Assembly: GCA_964640935.1 (NCBI GenBank)
Contig: CAZXIY010000001.1
Span: 12,147-50,418, forward strand
From: an uncultured Methanomassiliicoccales archaeon
GTDB taxonomy: Archaea; Thermoplasmatota; Thermoplasmata; Methanomassiliicoccales; Methanomethylophilaceae
Direction: 5' to 3'
DNA: 38,272 nt
Part shown: one piece after another, positions 9,040 to 17,939 of the stretch
How positions within the stretch are numbered: position 1 is the stretch's first letter
How the letters are laid out: each line of letters opens with the position of its first letter
The notes under the pieces: generated by a model
What the model was told of the DNA's origin: nothing
Databases searched by the model: none
What the model saw: only the letters and a program-made list of their open reading frames with translations
Translations under genes and position numbers: made by a program

Positions 9040-9235
9040 ATCTTTCACTAGTCCAGGTGAAGTTAATAATAATATCGAAGATGCATGGCCGGACGGACAA
9101 ACACATAACTTACAACCGATCTTTCGTGAGACCAAAGATTTGCATCCGTCGGAAAGCGGATACGCGAACCGACATTATATCTGTCGGCAGACACATCTGT
9201 CCGCATCCAGTGAATCACAGGGATGTTGAACAACG

Positions 9236-10414
9236 ATGAATCCGGATCTGATGGACGATCTGTCGAAAGAACGCCCGGTAGGTTCTTCCGCGAACACGGA
9301 GATCCTCGGCCGTTTGGAAGAACTGCTGAAAGGGATGGGCTATGGCATACAGTCCCTGCCGTTCGAATGCAAGGTGTGGGAGAACGGCATCTCATTCCTC
9401 AAGATCAACGATAACATCATCGAGGTCAAGGCGAGTCCGTTCTCCGAACCATTCGACGGAGAAAGACCCGCTGTCTTCGTGAGATCCTTGGAAGAACTTC
9501 GGATCTGCGAATGCAATGACCGTATCCTCGTCATGTGCGACGAGATCGTTTCCGATCCGCTGCAACCCAAAGACTATCCTTTCTACTATCCGGATGAGCA
9601 CAAGGCCCTGATAGAACTGCTCGAAAGCAAACATCCAGCCGCCATTATAGCAGCTACCGGCAGGAATGCGTTATGCGGCATGGATCCGTTCCCGTTGTTC
9701 GAAGATGGCAATTTCACGATACCGTCGGCATACGTTAGCAAGGGGCTCCTCCATGACGACGGCATATGCGAATGCACGAGACCCGCCCATCTGTCGATAC
9801 GGTCCCAGAAAAAAGAGGCCGCGAGCCGCCAGATCGTTGCCTCCAAAAAAGCAGATGACCCAGATGGTAAGATCGTGATCTGCGCCCATATGGACTCCAA
9901 ATACGATACGCTCGGCGCCCTTGACAATGCCGCGGGGGTCGCCGTCCTGTTGGAGGCCGCCATGGAAATGAGCAACGAGTCATACGATATCGACGTGGTC
10001 CCGTTCAACGGCGAAGAATACTACGAAGCGAGCGGCGAGGTGGAATACCTGAAGTTCATAGAGCAGAATGATGACGATGTGGCACTCGTGATAAACATCG
10101 ATTCGCCCTGCCATACCGGTTCGAGGATCGGAGTATCGTTCTACAATTTCGATGACAGGATGAAGACCATAGCCGACGAACTTGCTGGGGAGCAGCCCAG
10201 GATCGAATACGGGCAGGAATGGTACGCCGGCGACCATGCTGCGTTCGCATTCGACGGCACACCATGCATAGCGGTGACATCCTCTGATATCTTCGAAGGT
10301 GCCCTGGACGATACGCATACGATGAGAGATACCGTTGACAATGTTGATCTGGGTCTTGTGAGATACGCGGCGGATTTCGTCAGCGGGTTCGTAAGATCGA
10401 TGTCAAAGGAATGA
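9236..10414 (+). CDS. M28-family zinc aminopeptidase-like protein
   Basis: ICAHMDSKYDTLGALDNAAGVAVLLEAA and VVPFNGEEY match the M28 metal-ligand pattern HxD...DNxxG...EE. Confidence 0.8.
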   Translation: MNPDLMDDLSKERPVGSSANTEILGRLEELLKGMGYGIQSLPFECKVWENGISFLKINDNIIEVKASPFSEPFDGERPAVFVRSLEELRICECNDRILVMCDEIVSDPLQPKDYPFYYPDEHKALIELLESKHPAAIIAATGRNALCGMDPFPLFEDGNFTIPSAYVSKGLLHDDGICECTRPAHLSIRSQKKEAASRQIVASKKADDPDGKIVICAHMDSKYDTLGALDNAAGVAVLLEAAMEMSNESYDIDVVPFNGEEYYEASGEVEYLKFIEQNDDDVALVINIDSPCHTGSRIGVSFYNFDDRMKTIADELAGEQPRIEYGQEWYAGDHAAFAFDGTPCIAVTSSDIFEGALDDTHTMRDTVDNVDLGLVRYAADFVSGFVRSMSKE

Positions 10415-10436
10415 TGCCTGTGAGCATCATTCCTTT
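10405..10436. terminator. 13-bp perfect inverted repeat spanning both convergent stop codons
   Basis: AAAGGAATGATGC (10405-10417), loop CTGTGA, GCATCATTCCTTT (10424-10436). The peptidase TGA (10412-10414) and the rarA stop (10427-10429) lie in opposite arms. Confidence 0.55.
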
Positions 10437-11746
10437 CCGATCCTTTCGAACCACTTCTTGATATATTTCTCATAACCGTTATCCGACGGACGATAGAATC
10501 TCTTGTCCGCAAAGCCGTCCGGCAGGTATTGCTGTTTCACATAATGGTTCTCGAACTGATGCGGATACTTGTAATCGAGTCCTCTGCCGAGGCTCTTGGC
10601 CCCGGAGTAATGAGCATCTCTGAGATACGGCGGTATCTGCCCAGTCCCGGTCTCCGCTACGCATTTCATCGCCTCATCAATCGCGACGTTTGCCGAATTG
10701 CTCTTAGGTGCGCATGCGACGTATGCGACCGCCTGTGCCAGTATTATCCTGGACTCCGGCATGCCTATGCGTTCGACGGCTTCCGCCGCCGATACGGCGA
10801 CAGTCAGGGCCTGTGGATCGGCGTTGGACACGTCCTCTGCGGCGCATATGATGATCCTACGAGATATGAATCTCACATCCTCTCCGGCATAAAGCATCCT
10901 TGCAAGGTAGTAGATCGCGGCATCTGGGTCAGATCCGCGCATGCTCTTGATGAACGCGGAGATCGTATCATAGTGATTGTCACCGTCCCTGTCGTAGCCG
11001 AGCACGCGTTTCTGTATGCACGATTCCGCGACCTTCAGATCCATATGTATGCGTCCATCTGATCCTGGATCAGTTGTCAGAGCTCCGAGCTCTATCGCAT
11101 TCAGGGCAGCCCTCGCATCGCCGTTAGCCATGTCGGCAAGAAATTCCACGGCGTCTTCGTCCATGTCGACGCCCATACCCCCGAGCCCCCTCTCCTTATC
11201 CGTCAGAGCCTTTCTGATCAGCACGGAGATGTTCTCTTTCGACAGGGCTTTGAGCTCGAATATTATGGAACGGGATATCAGGGCCCTGTTCACCTCGAAA
11301 TACGGATTCTCCGTTGTGGCACCTATCAGTATGACCGTCCCGTTCTCGACGAATGGAAGGAGATAATCCTGCTGTGCCTTGTTGAAACGATGGATCTCGT
11401 CGATGAATAATATGGTCCTCTTATGCTCCATGCCCAGAGCATCCTTCGCCTGTTCCACCTCTGTCTCCATGTCCTTCTTTCCGGCGGACGTGGCGTTCAG
11501 CTCTCTGAATCTCGCGTGCGTCGTATTGGCAATGACCTGGGCCAGAGTTGTCTTTCCGGTGCCCGGCGGACCATAGAAGATCAACGAATTCAATCTGTCC
11601 GCCCTGATGGCGCGGGAGAGGAGCTTGTCCTCGCCTATGATATGCTCCTGGCCGACGACCTCGTCCAGTGTCCGCGGCCTCATCCTGCTTGCCAGCGGAG
11701 CCTCCTTGCTGAGAATGTCCTTCCGGGTGTATTCGAACAGATCCAT
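10427..11746 (-). CDS. rarA: replication-associated recombination protein A (RarA/MgsA/WRNIP1-type AAA+ ATPase)
   Basis: N-terminus PLASRMRPRTLDEVVGQEHI, Walker A GPPGTGKTT, Walker B ILFIDEIHRF. The C-terminal MgsA-type region has HYDTISAFIKSMRGSDPDAAIYYLARM. Confidence 0.9.
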   Translation of the reverse strand: MDLFEYTRKDILSKEAPLASRMRPRTLDEVVGQEHIIGEDKLLSRAIRADRLNSLIFYGPPGTGKTTLAQVIANTTHARFRELNATSAGKKDMETEVEQAKDALGMEHKRTILFIDEIHRFNKAQQDYLLPFVENGTVILIGATTENPYFEVNRALISRSIIFELKALSKENISVLIRKALTDKERGLGGMGVDMDEDAVEFLADMANGDARAALNAIELGALTTDPGSDGRIHMDLKVAESCIQKRVLGYDRDGDNHYDTISAFIKSMRGSDPDAAIYYLARMLYAGEDVRFISRRIIICAAEDVSNADPQALTVAVSAAEAVERIGMPESRIILAQAVAYVACAPKSNSANVAIDEAMKCVAETGTGQIPPYLRDAHYSGAKSLGRGLDYKYPHQFENHYVKQQYLPDGFADKRFYRPSDNGYEKYIKKWFERIGKE

Positions 11747-11917
11747 CGATACGAAAAGTCATGAATTCATATTAATACCGAACGATTCTGATTCTGCCGA
11801 ATAGAAATGAACAAAAACAAATACCGATCATGGACAGAACTGCGTCCGGCCGAGTTATGGTTTGAAAGTCCCGAAGCGACGGCGGCGAACCGTCGCGTTC
11901 GGAATTCTGAGACAGGT

Positions 11918-12055
11918 TTACTTCATCTTCTTTTCGAGTTTCTGAAGTTTTCTCTTGGCTTCGTTATCTCCGGCGCTGGCCTGTTTCGATAGCTCTTCCG
12001 CTTTGGCCTTTTTGACCTTGTTCTTTTTCTCAAGCTGCTTCTTGCTCATCGCCAT
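11918..12055 (-). CDS. candidate 45-aa lysine-rich small protein (not in the ORF track)
   Basis: Translates as MAMSKKQLEKKNKVKKAKAEELSKQASAGDNEAKRKLQKLEKKMK with a TAA stop. TTTATAAATA lies about 40 nt upstream on the minus strand (near 12098-12107). A 12-bp hairpin (11871-11902) lies 15 nt downstream of the stop. Confidence 0.4.
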   Translation of the reverse strand: MAMSKKQLEKKNKVKKAKAEELSKQASAGDNEAKRKLQKLEKKMK

Positions 12056-12145
12056 TTATATCGCTTCTCCCGTTTGTCCGACAACCTATTTATAAACTAC
12101 TATTTTCGGACGCCGTATATCCCGCTCCAACATACGTCTGCAGCA

Positions 12146-13582
12146 TCAGTAGGTGCTGTGTATCATGTCGTTCTTGATATCCCACAGCTTCTTAGACAGG
12201 TCCACGAAGTACGTCTGCGGGTTGGAGAAACGCTTGGTCTCGTCCCACAGCGTGCCTAACTGCTCGGAACAGTATTTGCGTACCTCCTCAAGCGGAGGCA
12301 CCTTGTAGACAAGTTCGCCGTTCTTGAAGATCGGCACCTGAAGCTCCTTTGCGGTGAATTCGGTCAGGACCTTCTTCTTCCATGTGTTCTTGGGATCAAA
12401 GATCTCCAGAGGCTTGCTCTCATCGATCGTCTCGTCGTAGACGCAGAGCTGGTCCGCGATGGCCTTCCCGTCGCTGCCGAAGAGCCTGTAGACCTTCTTG
12501 AAATGAGGCGTGGTGATCTTGTCGGTGTTCTCGGAGATCTTGATCTTCGGAATGATATTCCCGTCCTCGTCCTCCATCGCCGCGAGCTTATACACGCCGC
12601 CGAATACCGGGTCGCTGTGGGCGGTGATGAGATTGTCTCCGACGCCGAACGCATCGATGCATGCTCCCTGATCCAGAAGATCGCGTATGAGCCATTCGTC
12701 GAGGGCATTTGATACGACGATCTTACAGTCCTTCATGCCCGCCGCATCCAGCATCTCTCTCGCTTTGCGCGTAAGGAAATAGAAGTCGCCGGAATCCAGA
12801 CGGATCCCGCATTTCGTTATCCCTTTCGGGATGAGGGCCTCTTTGAATGCTTTTATCGCATCGGGCACGCCACATTTCAGCGTGTTGTAAGTATCCACGA
12901 GAAGCGTGGCGTTATTCGGATACAGCTCGCAGTACGCTTTGAACGCATCGAGTTCCGTATCGAACATCTGTACCCATGAATGGGCCATGGTGCCGCTTGC
13001 CGGCACGCCGTACCATTTGTCCGTGACAGTGCAGGCGGTCCCGCCGCATCCGCCGATATAAGCCGCCCTGGCCCCCAGGATCGCCGCGTCGGTGCCCTGT
13101 GCCCTTCTGGAGCCGAACTCCAGGACCGTGCGGCCGCCGGCCGCACGCACTATGCGGCTGGCCTTCGTGGCGATGAGCGTCTGATGGTTTATCGTGAGAA
13201 GAGAGAACGTCTCGAGTATCTGGGCCTGTATTGCGGTCGCCCTTATCGTGACGATCGGCTCTCCGGGGAAAACAGGCGTGCCTTCCGGTATGGCATAAAC
13301 ATCTCCGGTGAAACGGAAATCCCTCAGGTAGTTCAGGAACTTGTCCCCGAACACACCTTTCGAACGCAGGAATTCTATATCGCTATCGGAGAAACGCAGT
13401 TCTTTGATGTAATCGATGAGCTGCTCCAATCCCGCTGCGATGGCGAATCCGCCCTTGTCGGGGATATGCCTGAAGAATATGTCGAAGTAGACGATACGGT
13501 CCTGAAGACCGCTCTCCATGTAGCCGTTGCTCATGGTATATTCATAGTAGTCGCAAAGAAGTGGGATGTTCCTGCAGTTCAT
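12146..13582 (-). CDS. pncB: nicotinate phosphoribosyltransferase
   Basis: PLLCDYYEYTMSNGY at the N-terminus, plus SGTMAHSWVQ and FGVGDNL, are typical NAPRTase motifs. A TATA (TTTATAA) ends 22 nt upstream of the ATG at 13582, which supports that start over 13630. Confidence 0.88.
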   Translation of the reverse strand: MNCRNIPLLCDYYEYTMSNGYMESGLQDRIVYFDIFFRHIPDKGGFAIAAGLEQLIDYIKELRFSDSDIEFLRSKGVFGDKFLNYLRDFRFTGDVYAIPEGTPVFPGEPIVTIRATAIQAQILETFSLLTINHQTLIATKASRIVRAAGGRTVLEFGSRRAQGTDAAILGARAAYIGGCGGTACTVTDKWYGVPASGTMAHSWVQMFDTELDAFKAYCELYPNNATLLVDTYNTLKCGVPDAIKAFKEALIPKGITKCGIRLDSGDFYFLTRKAREMLDAAGMKDCKIVVSNALDEWLIRDLLDQGACIDAFGVGDNLITAHSDPVFGGVYKLAAMEDEDGNIIPKIKISENTDKITTPHFKKVYRLFGSDGKAIADQLCVYDETIDESKPLEIFDPKNTWKKKVLTEFTAKELQVPIFKNGELVYKVPPLEEVRKYCSEQLGTLWDETKRFSNPQTYFVDLSKKLWDIKNDMIHSTY

Positions 13583-13736
13583 CCGATTCGCGTACGCAGA
13601 CACGTTATAAATAATGAACTCAAACAGCACGGCAAGATGCCGTCCTAACGGTTTTCACCACTGATATTGACGGTGAAGGTCGCCGGCGATGTCAAACCAT
13701 ATATACGACAAAACATAGGGTGGCAGTCGGATAGAT

Positions 13737-15155
13737 ATGGAAGGCACCGAGAGAACAAAAGGAGTTGAGACACTACTAGGCAATCCGAAGAAAGCGGTAT
13801 TGGCTATGTCCATACCGCTCATAATCGCGATGATAGCTCAATCCGCCAACAATCTCATCGATGCCGTTTGGGTCGCCGGATTGGGCTCGAGCGCATTGGC
13901 CGCAGTGGGTTTCGTATTTCCCCTCTTCTTCATCATAATCGGCGTCGGCAACGGACTGGGCGTAGGTACGTCATCCGCTATAGCCAGACATATCGGCAGG
14001 AACGACAAGGCCAGCGCGGATGCCGCAGCCACCCAGGGTCTCATGATGGCCATCGTCGGCGGTGCGGTCGTGACTGTCCTAATCCTGATATTCCTGAGAC
14101 CTATAATGATGGCCCTCGGGGCCGGTGATACGATCGACGACTGCGTGAACTACGCATTCCCGATATTCCTGTCCACGATCATCTTCCTTATCAACGCCAT
14201 GCTAAGCAACCTGCTGAGGGCAGAGGGGGACGCCAAGAGATCGATGAACACCCAGATCCTTTCCGCAGGCATCAACATCATCCTCGATCCGCTTTTCATA
14301 TACGACTATGGTCTCGGTCTCGGTATAGCCGGAGCGGCATGGGCGACGGTCATCGCGGTCCTGTTCCCGCTCGCCCTGATGCTCTACTGGTTCTTCATCA
14401 AGAAGGACACTTACATCAAGATCTCCAGGAAGAACATGCGCTTCAACAAGGCCATCGACAAGGACATCCTCCGCGTGGGGATACCCGCATCGATGGAGAT
14501 GATGCTCATGTCCGTCTTCTCCATGCTCATGAACATGATAATAGTCCTCGTCGGAGGAACGGACAATGTCGCCGTGTACTCATCGACATGGAGATTGATA
14601 CAGATGCTCATGATCCCGCTGATGGCCATAGGCGGTGCCATCGTACCGGTATGCGCTGCCGCATACGGAGCAAGACGGTATGACAAGGTCAAAGAGGCCT
14701 ACAAATATTCTCTGAAGATCTGCGTGGTGATAATGGTCATACTGACGGTGCTAGCTATAGCTCTGGCGGAATACCTGGTCATCATATTCACGTACAACGA
14801 CAGCACGGCATACCTCAAAGATAACATGGTCCTGTGCCTCAGGATCGTTTGCCCGTTCCTGCCGTTCGCATCATGGGGTTTCGTCGCATCCGGTCTGTTC
14901 CAAGCCGTCGGAATGGGTGTCAAATCATTCGTATGCACCCTGGTCAGGAACGGCCTCCAGATACCGGCCTGTTACATAGTGGCCATCACGATCGCGACGT
15001 TCTCCGGCGTCATGTGGGCGATACTGATCACCGAGATCATAGGTTCGATTGTCGCCGGAATATGGAGCGTGCTCGTACTCCGTGCCCTGCTGTTCAAATA
15101 CAGACCGCCATCATTCGAGATCGAGGACGACGATAAAAAGGCAAACAATATCTGA
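13737..15155 (+). CDS. MATE-family efflux transporter
   Basis: About 12 predicted TM helices. The N-terminal PLIIAMIAQSANNLIDAVWVAGLG pattern is typical of MATE/NorM-DinF proteins. Confidence 0.9.
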   Translation: MEGTERTKGVETLLGNPKKAVLAMSIPLIIAMIAQSANNLIDAVWVAGLGSSALAAVGFVFPLFFIIIGVGNGLGVGTSSAIARHIGRNDKASADAAATQGLMMAIVGGAVVTVLILIFLRPIMMALGAGDTIDDCVNYAFPIFLSTIIFLINAMLSNLLRAEGDAKRSMNTQILSAGINIILDPLFIYDYGLGLGIAGAAWATVIAVLFPLALMLYWFFIKKDTYIKISRKNMRFNKAIDKDILRVGIPASMEMMLMSVFSMLMNMIIVLVGGTDNVAVYSSTWRLIQMLMIPLMAIGGAIVPVCAAAYGARRYDKVKEAYKYSLKICVVIMVILTVLAIALAEYLVIIFTYNDSTAYLKDNMVLCLRIVCPFLPFASWGFVASGLFQAVGMGVKSFVCTLVRNGLQIPACYIVAITIATFSGVMWAILITEIIGSIVAGIWSVLVLRALLFKYRPPSFEIEDDDKKANNI

Positions 15156-15868
15156 TGAGTGACATATCGGAGTCGCGGTGCCGATCGATGAACATTACGA
15201 TTGACGGAACGGATATCGGGGTCAAGAGGAAGAATATCCGGAATATCCACGTCTATGTTAAGCCCGACTGCACCGTCGTAGTGACCGCCCCGATGTGGAT
15301 GAGCGATGACGAGATATACGGATTCGTGTCATCCAAATCGGAATGGATACGCAAACATCTCGACAGGTTCGCATCTGCTGAGGTACGCCCTCCGCAGGAC
15401 TACGAAGATGGGAGTACGATACGTGTTTTCGGCGATGACTTCCCGCTCTCTGTACAGACCGGCACAGGGTATTCGATGCTGTTCTCCGACGGCCGCATGA
15501 TCCTCACGGTACGTCAATCCTGCACGCAGGAGCAAAAGGAGAAGTTCGTCAAGAATTGGTACCGCGACCTGCTTGGACGCGAAATAGAGAAGACCCTTCC
15601 TAGATTAGAGATATCCACCGGCCTTCGTTGCAGCGGGTGGCAGATCAGGGATATGAAGACCAGGTGGGGAACGTGCAATACCCGCACATGCAAGATCTGG
15701 CTGAATCTCCGTCTAGCGGAAAAGTCGCCGGACTGCCTCGAATACGTGATAATTCATGAACTGATACATACGCGGATAAAGAATCACGGTCCCGAATTCA
15801 AGAATGCCATGGACATGCTCCTTCCGGAATGGCGTTCCGTTAAGAAGAAGCTGAATTCGGTGAATTGA
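15155..15868 (+). CDS. DUF45/YgjP-like zinc metallohydrolase (HExxH)
   Basis: WGTCN...IWLNLRL...EYVIIHELIHTR matches the DUF45 (M48/SprT-like zincin) signature. The ATG overlaps the MATE TGA by 1 nt (TGATG). An alternative ATG lies at 15188. Confidence 0.75.
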   Translation: MSDISESRCRSMNITIDGTDIGVKRKNIRNIHVYVKPDCTVVVTAPMWMSDDEIYGFVSSKSEWIRKHLDRFASAEVRPPQDYEDGSTIRVFGDDFPLSVQTGTGYSMLFSDGRMILTVRQSCTQEQKEKFVKNWYRDLLGREIEKTLPRLEISTGLRCSGWQIRDMKTRWGTCNTRTCKIWLNLRLAEKSPDCLEYVIIHELIHTRIKNHGPEFKNAMDMLLPEWRSVKKKLNSVN

Positions 15869-15877
15869 GACCGATGA

Positions 15878-16945
15878 TCAACCGATCCTTTTGGTCACCT
15901 GCATGACCGTTCCGCTCCTCACGCCGTCCTTCATTTCCGCGGACAGCGTGAACACGTATCCCCCGTGATCGTACTCCATCCTGGTGTCGTCCCCCATCAT
16001 ATCCGCCAGCGATTCTTCGATCATCGGTCTCAACTTCTCGTTGACGGCCTTGAGATCCTTCTGACGTTCCAACTCCTTGGCGTTGTTGACGTATGTCTCG
16101 ATCATCCCGGAAAGATCGGAAGGAAGGATCTCGACGTGTCTGGTCGTCAGGTAATTCACGATCTTCTCATCCTTTTCTGTCCATTTCGGCGTGATACCTC
16201 TGACGATGTGCTCATCGAACCACTTCTTAGCCGTAGACATTACCTCGGTCATGTCCTTCTTGTCAATGACCACTATACGGCAGTCCTCCGCATTCGGGGT
16301 CCATGACTTGGGGTCGTCATAATCACTGTCCTTTAGGAAACCCACGGCGAAGACTATCTTCGACAGACCGCTGAGTTCAGCATACAGCGACGCCTGGAGA
16401 ACATAGTTCTCAGGTACCTTCGTCGCATCTCCGTTCTCGTCGAGCCATTTGTCCGGATCGGAGGCGGTCTTTATCTCGAGGACCGCGGCCCTCTTGCCGT
16501 TCACCCTGATGTACCCATCGACCATGCCGCCGAACACCCGTTCGGAGCGAAAATGATCGAAACTGCAATCGTATTTTGATACTGGCTCATCCACGCTGAT
16601 AGAACCGTCGCAGGACGACAGGAGATCTTTTCCCAAGAACTGAACAGCATTATCCCTGACATACGAACGGATTATCGGTTCGATAGTATTGCCGGCCTCC
16701 GTGTATTTGGTGGTCTCGTATTCCGAATATATCCTGGCTATGTTACAGGCGGCCTCGAATTCCGTTGTATAATCGTCGATGCCCAGGACAGCGGCCAATC
16801 TGGAACCGGTTATCTTGCCGTGAGATGCCGGATCGAATCTTATGACCTTGTCCCCCTCGTCGATCTCCCTTATCTTCGATTTGTCGCCTTTGATCATGTT
16901 ATCGAACTTCGAAAGGACCGCCCCTCGTATAAAACTTGACGGCAT
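15878..16945 (-). CDS. YqaJ-like PD-(D/E)XK exonuclease-domain protein with C-terminal extension
   Basis: ITGSRLAAVLG, GNTIEPI and MVDGYI...AAVLEIKT fit the YqaJ/lambda-exonuclease-like motifs (D...E-x-K). The start is 15 nt downstream of the DUF1848 stop. Confidence 0.65.
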   Translation of the reverse strand: MPSSFIRGAVLSKFDNMIKGDKSKIREIDEGDKVIRFDPASHGKITGSRLAAVLGIDDYTTEFEAACNIARIYSEYETTKYTEAGNTIEPIIRSYVRDNAVQFLGKDLLSSCDGSISVDEPVSKYDCSFDHFRSERVFGGMVDGYIRVNGKRAAVLEIKTASDPDKWLDENGDATKVPENYVLQASLYAELSGLSKIVFAVGFLKDSDYDDPKSWTPNAEDCRIVVIDKKDMTEVMSTAKKWFDEHIVRGITPKWTEKDEKIVNYLTTRHVEILPSDLSGMIETYVNNAKELERQKDLKAVNEKLRPMIEESLADMMGDDTRMEYDHGGYVFTLSAEMKDGVRSGTVMQVTKRIG

Positions 16946-16960
16946 CGGTGTCGGACGCCG

Positions 16961-17884
16961 TCAAAGAAAGTCAGTCAGCCGGGAGTTGGACGGCCCCTTG
17001 AGACTGACGACATTATCGTCCTTCTCGAGATGCCCCGTCAGCATCTCGCTGTTCACGTCGTATGAACGGTCCCCCCTGGATCCTCCGCCGGGGTTGGCAT
17101 AGCAGTAGACGCAATTATGCCTGCATGTGCCATATGCTCCGACATCAATGTTCTTAACACACAGGCACCCCTCTCTAAGGGGGGCATAACACCTCTCATA
17201 AGGAATTCCGAGACCGCGGAACGTCTCTCCGTCTATGCACCCCCTCCTGCGGATGCCGTATTCGGAAAGATCCGCCGAATTGCAGCATGATGTGAGTTCG
17301 ATGCCGTGAGATTCCGCGGTACGGCCGGCCATGGCGGCGAATTGCACTTTCTCTGTATCGGCGACGCCTCTCAGACACGACCCGTCCGGAAGTTCTCTGA
17401 ACTTCTCGTACATATCCAGGAAACTGAAGACACATCTCTCTGTGTGTCCTTCGAAACCGGAACATAGTTCTTCAAATTTCTTCGTATGGTAGCCGATGTC
17501 CATGCCGTCACCGAATATCACAGGGTCGTACCGCCAGATGATGTTCCGCCTGCCGATCCTATCGGATAATTCGATGAATGACCGTTTTATCTCATCCTTA
17601 TTCCGAACACCTGGCTCTATGTCCTTGCCGTAAGGCGTGACCGTCACCTGGAAGATGTATCTGAAACCCATATCGTCGATCTCGTCGAGATGACGTATCA
17701 TAGGCCCCGGATCCTTAGTTATGAAAACTATGCAATCGACCTTCTTAGGATCCAGATTTATCCGGTACACCACATTCTTGCATACGGGGTTGCGGACCAG
17801 CACATGACCGGCCCTGAGCCTGTTCATGAACCATTCCGAATGGAACGCCGGAACGTCGGTACGTCTGCTAGCCCCGATTATCAT
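16961..17884 (-). CDS. DUF1848-family protein (radical-SAM-like C-terminal Cys cluster)
   Basis: MIIGASRRTDVPAFHSEWFMNRL is the typical DUF1848 N-terminus and fixes the start at the 17884 ATG. C-terminal CRHNCVYC is a CX3CX2C motif. Confidence 0.7.
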   Translation of the reverse strand: MIIGASRRTDVPAFHSEWFMNRLRAGHVLVRNPVCKNVVYRINLDPKKVDCIVFITKDPGPMIRHLDEIDDMGFRYIFQVTVTPYGKDIEPGVRNKDEIKRSFIELSDRIGRRNIIWRYDPVIFGDGMDIGYHTKKFEELCSGFEGHTERCVFSFLDMYEKFRELPDGSCLRGVADTEKVQFAAMAGRTAESHGIELTSCCNSADLSEYGIRRRGCIDGETFRGLGIPYERCYAPLREGCLCVKNIDVGAYGTCRHNCVYCYANPGGGSRGDRSYDVNSEMLTGHLEKDDNVVSLKGPSNSRLTDFL

Positions 17885-17939
17885 GTCACAGAGAACGGGG
17901 ACAGGACATAAGTAATCTGCACCCGATGACCGTCCGCAG

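Noticed and set aside
9040-9135. N-terminal extensions offered by the ORF track (e.g. 8179..9135, 16961..18031, 19174..20409, 12146..13630, 24612..25211, 28579..28830)
   Set aside because: The extensions start at TTG or distant ATG codons, add Arg/Cys/Ser-rich residues, and overlap upstream genes or promoters. Family-typical N-termini (MIIGASRRTD for DUF1848, MFKYRD for HypD, MHE for HypA) begin at internal ATGs.
7285-9235. Integrated mobile element at tRNA-Gly
   Set aside because: I saw no integrase, transposase or phage-like gene, and no repeat of the tRNA 3' end within the window. Only the compositional deviation is reported, as a low-interest finding.
11807-11992. 61-aa + strand ORF between rarA and pncB
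   Set aside because: It runs through the terminator hairpin. It has no promoter-like element at the right distance. It is antisense to the better-supported 45-aa minus-strand ORF, which has its own TATA box and hairpin.
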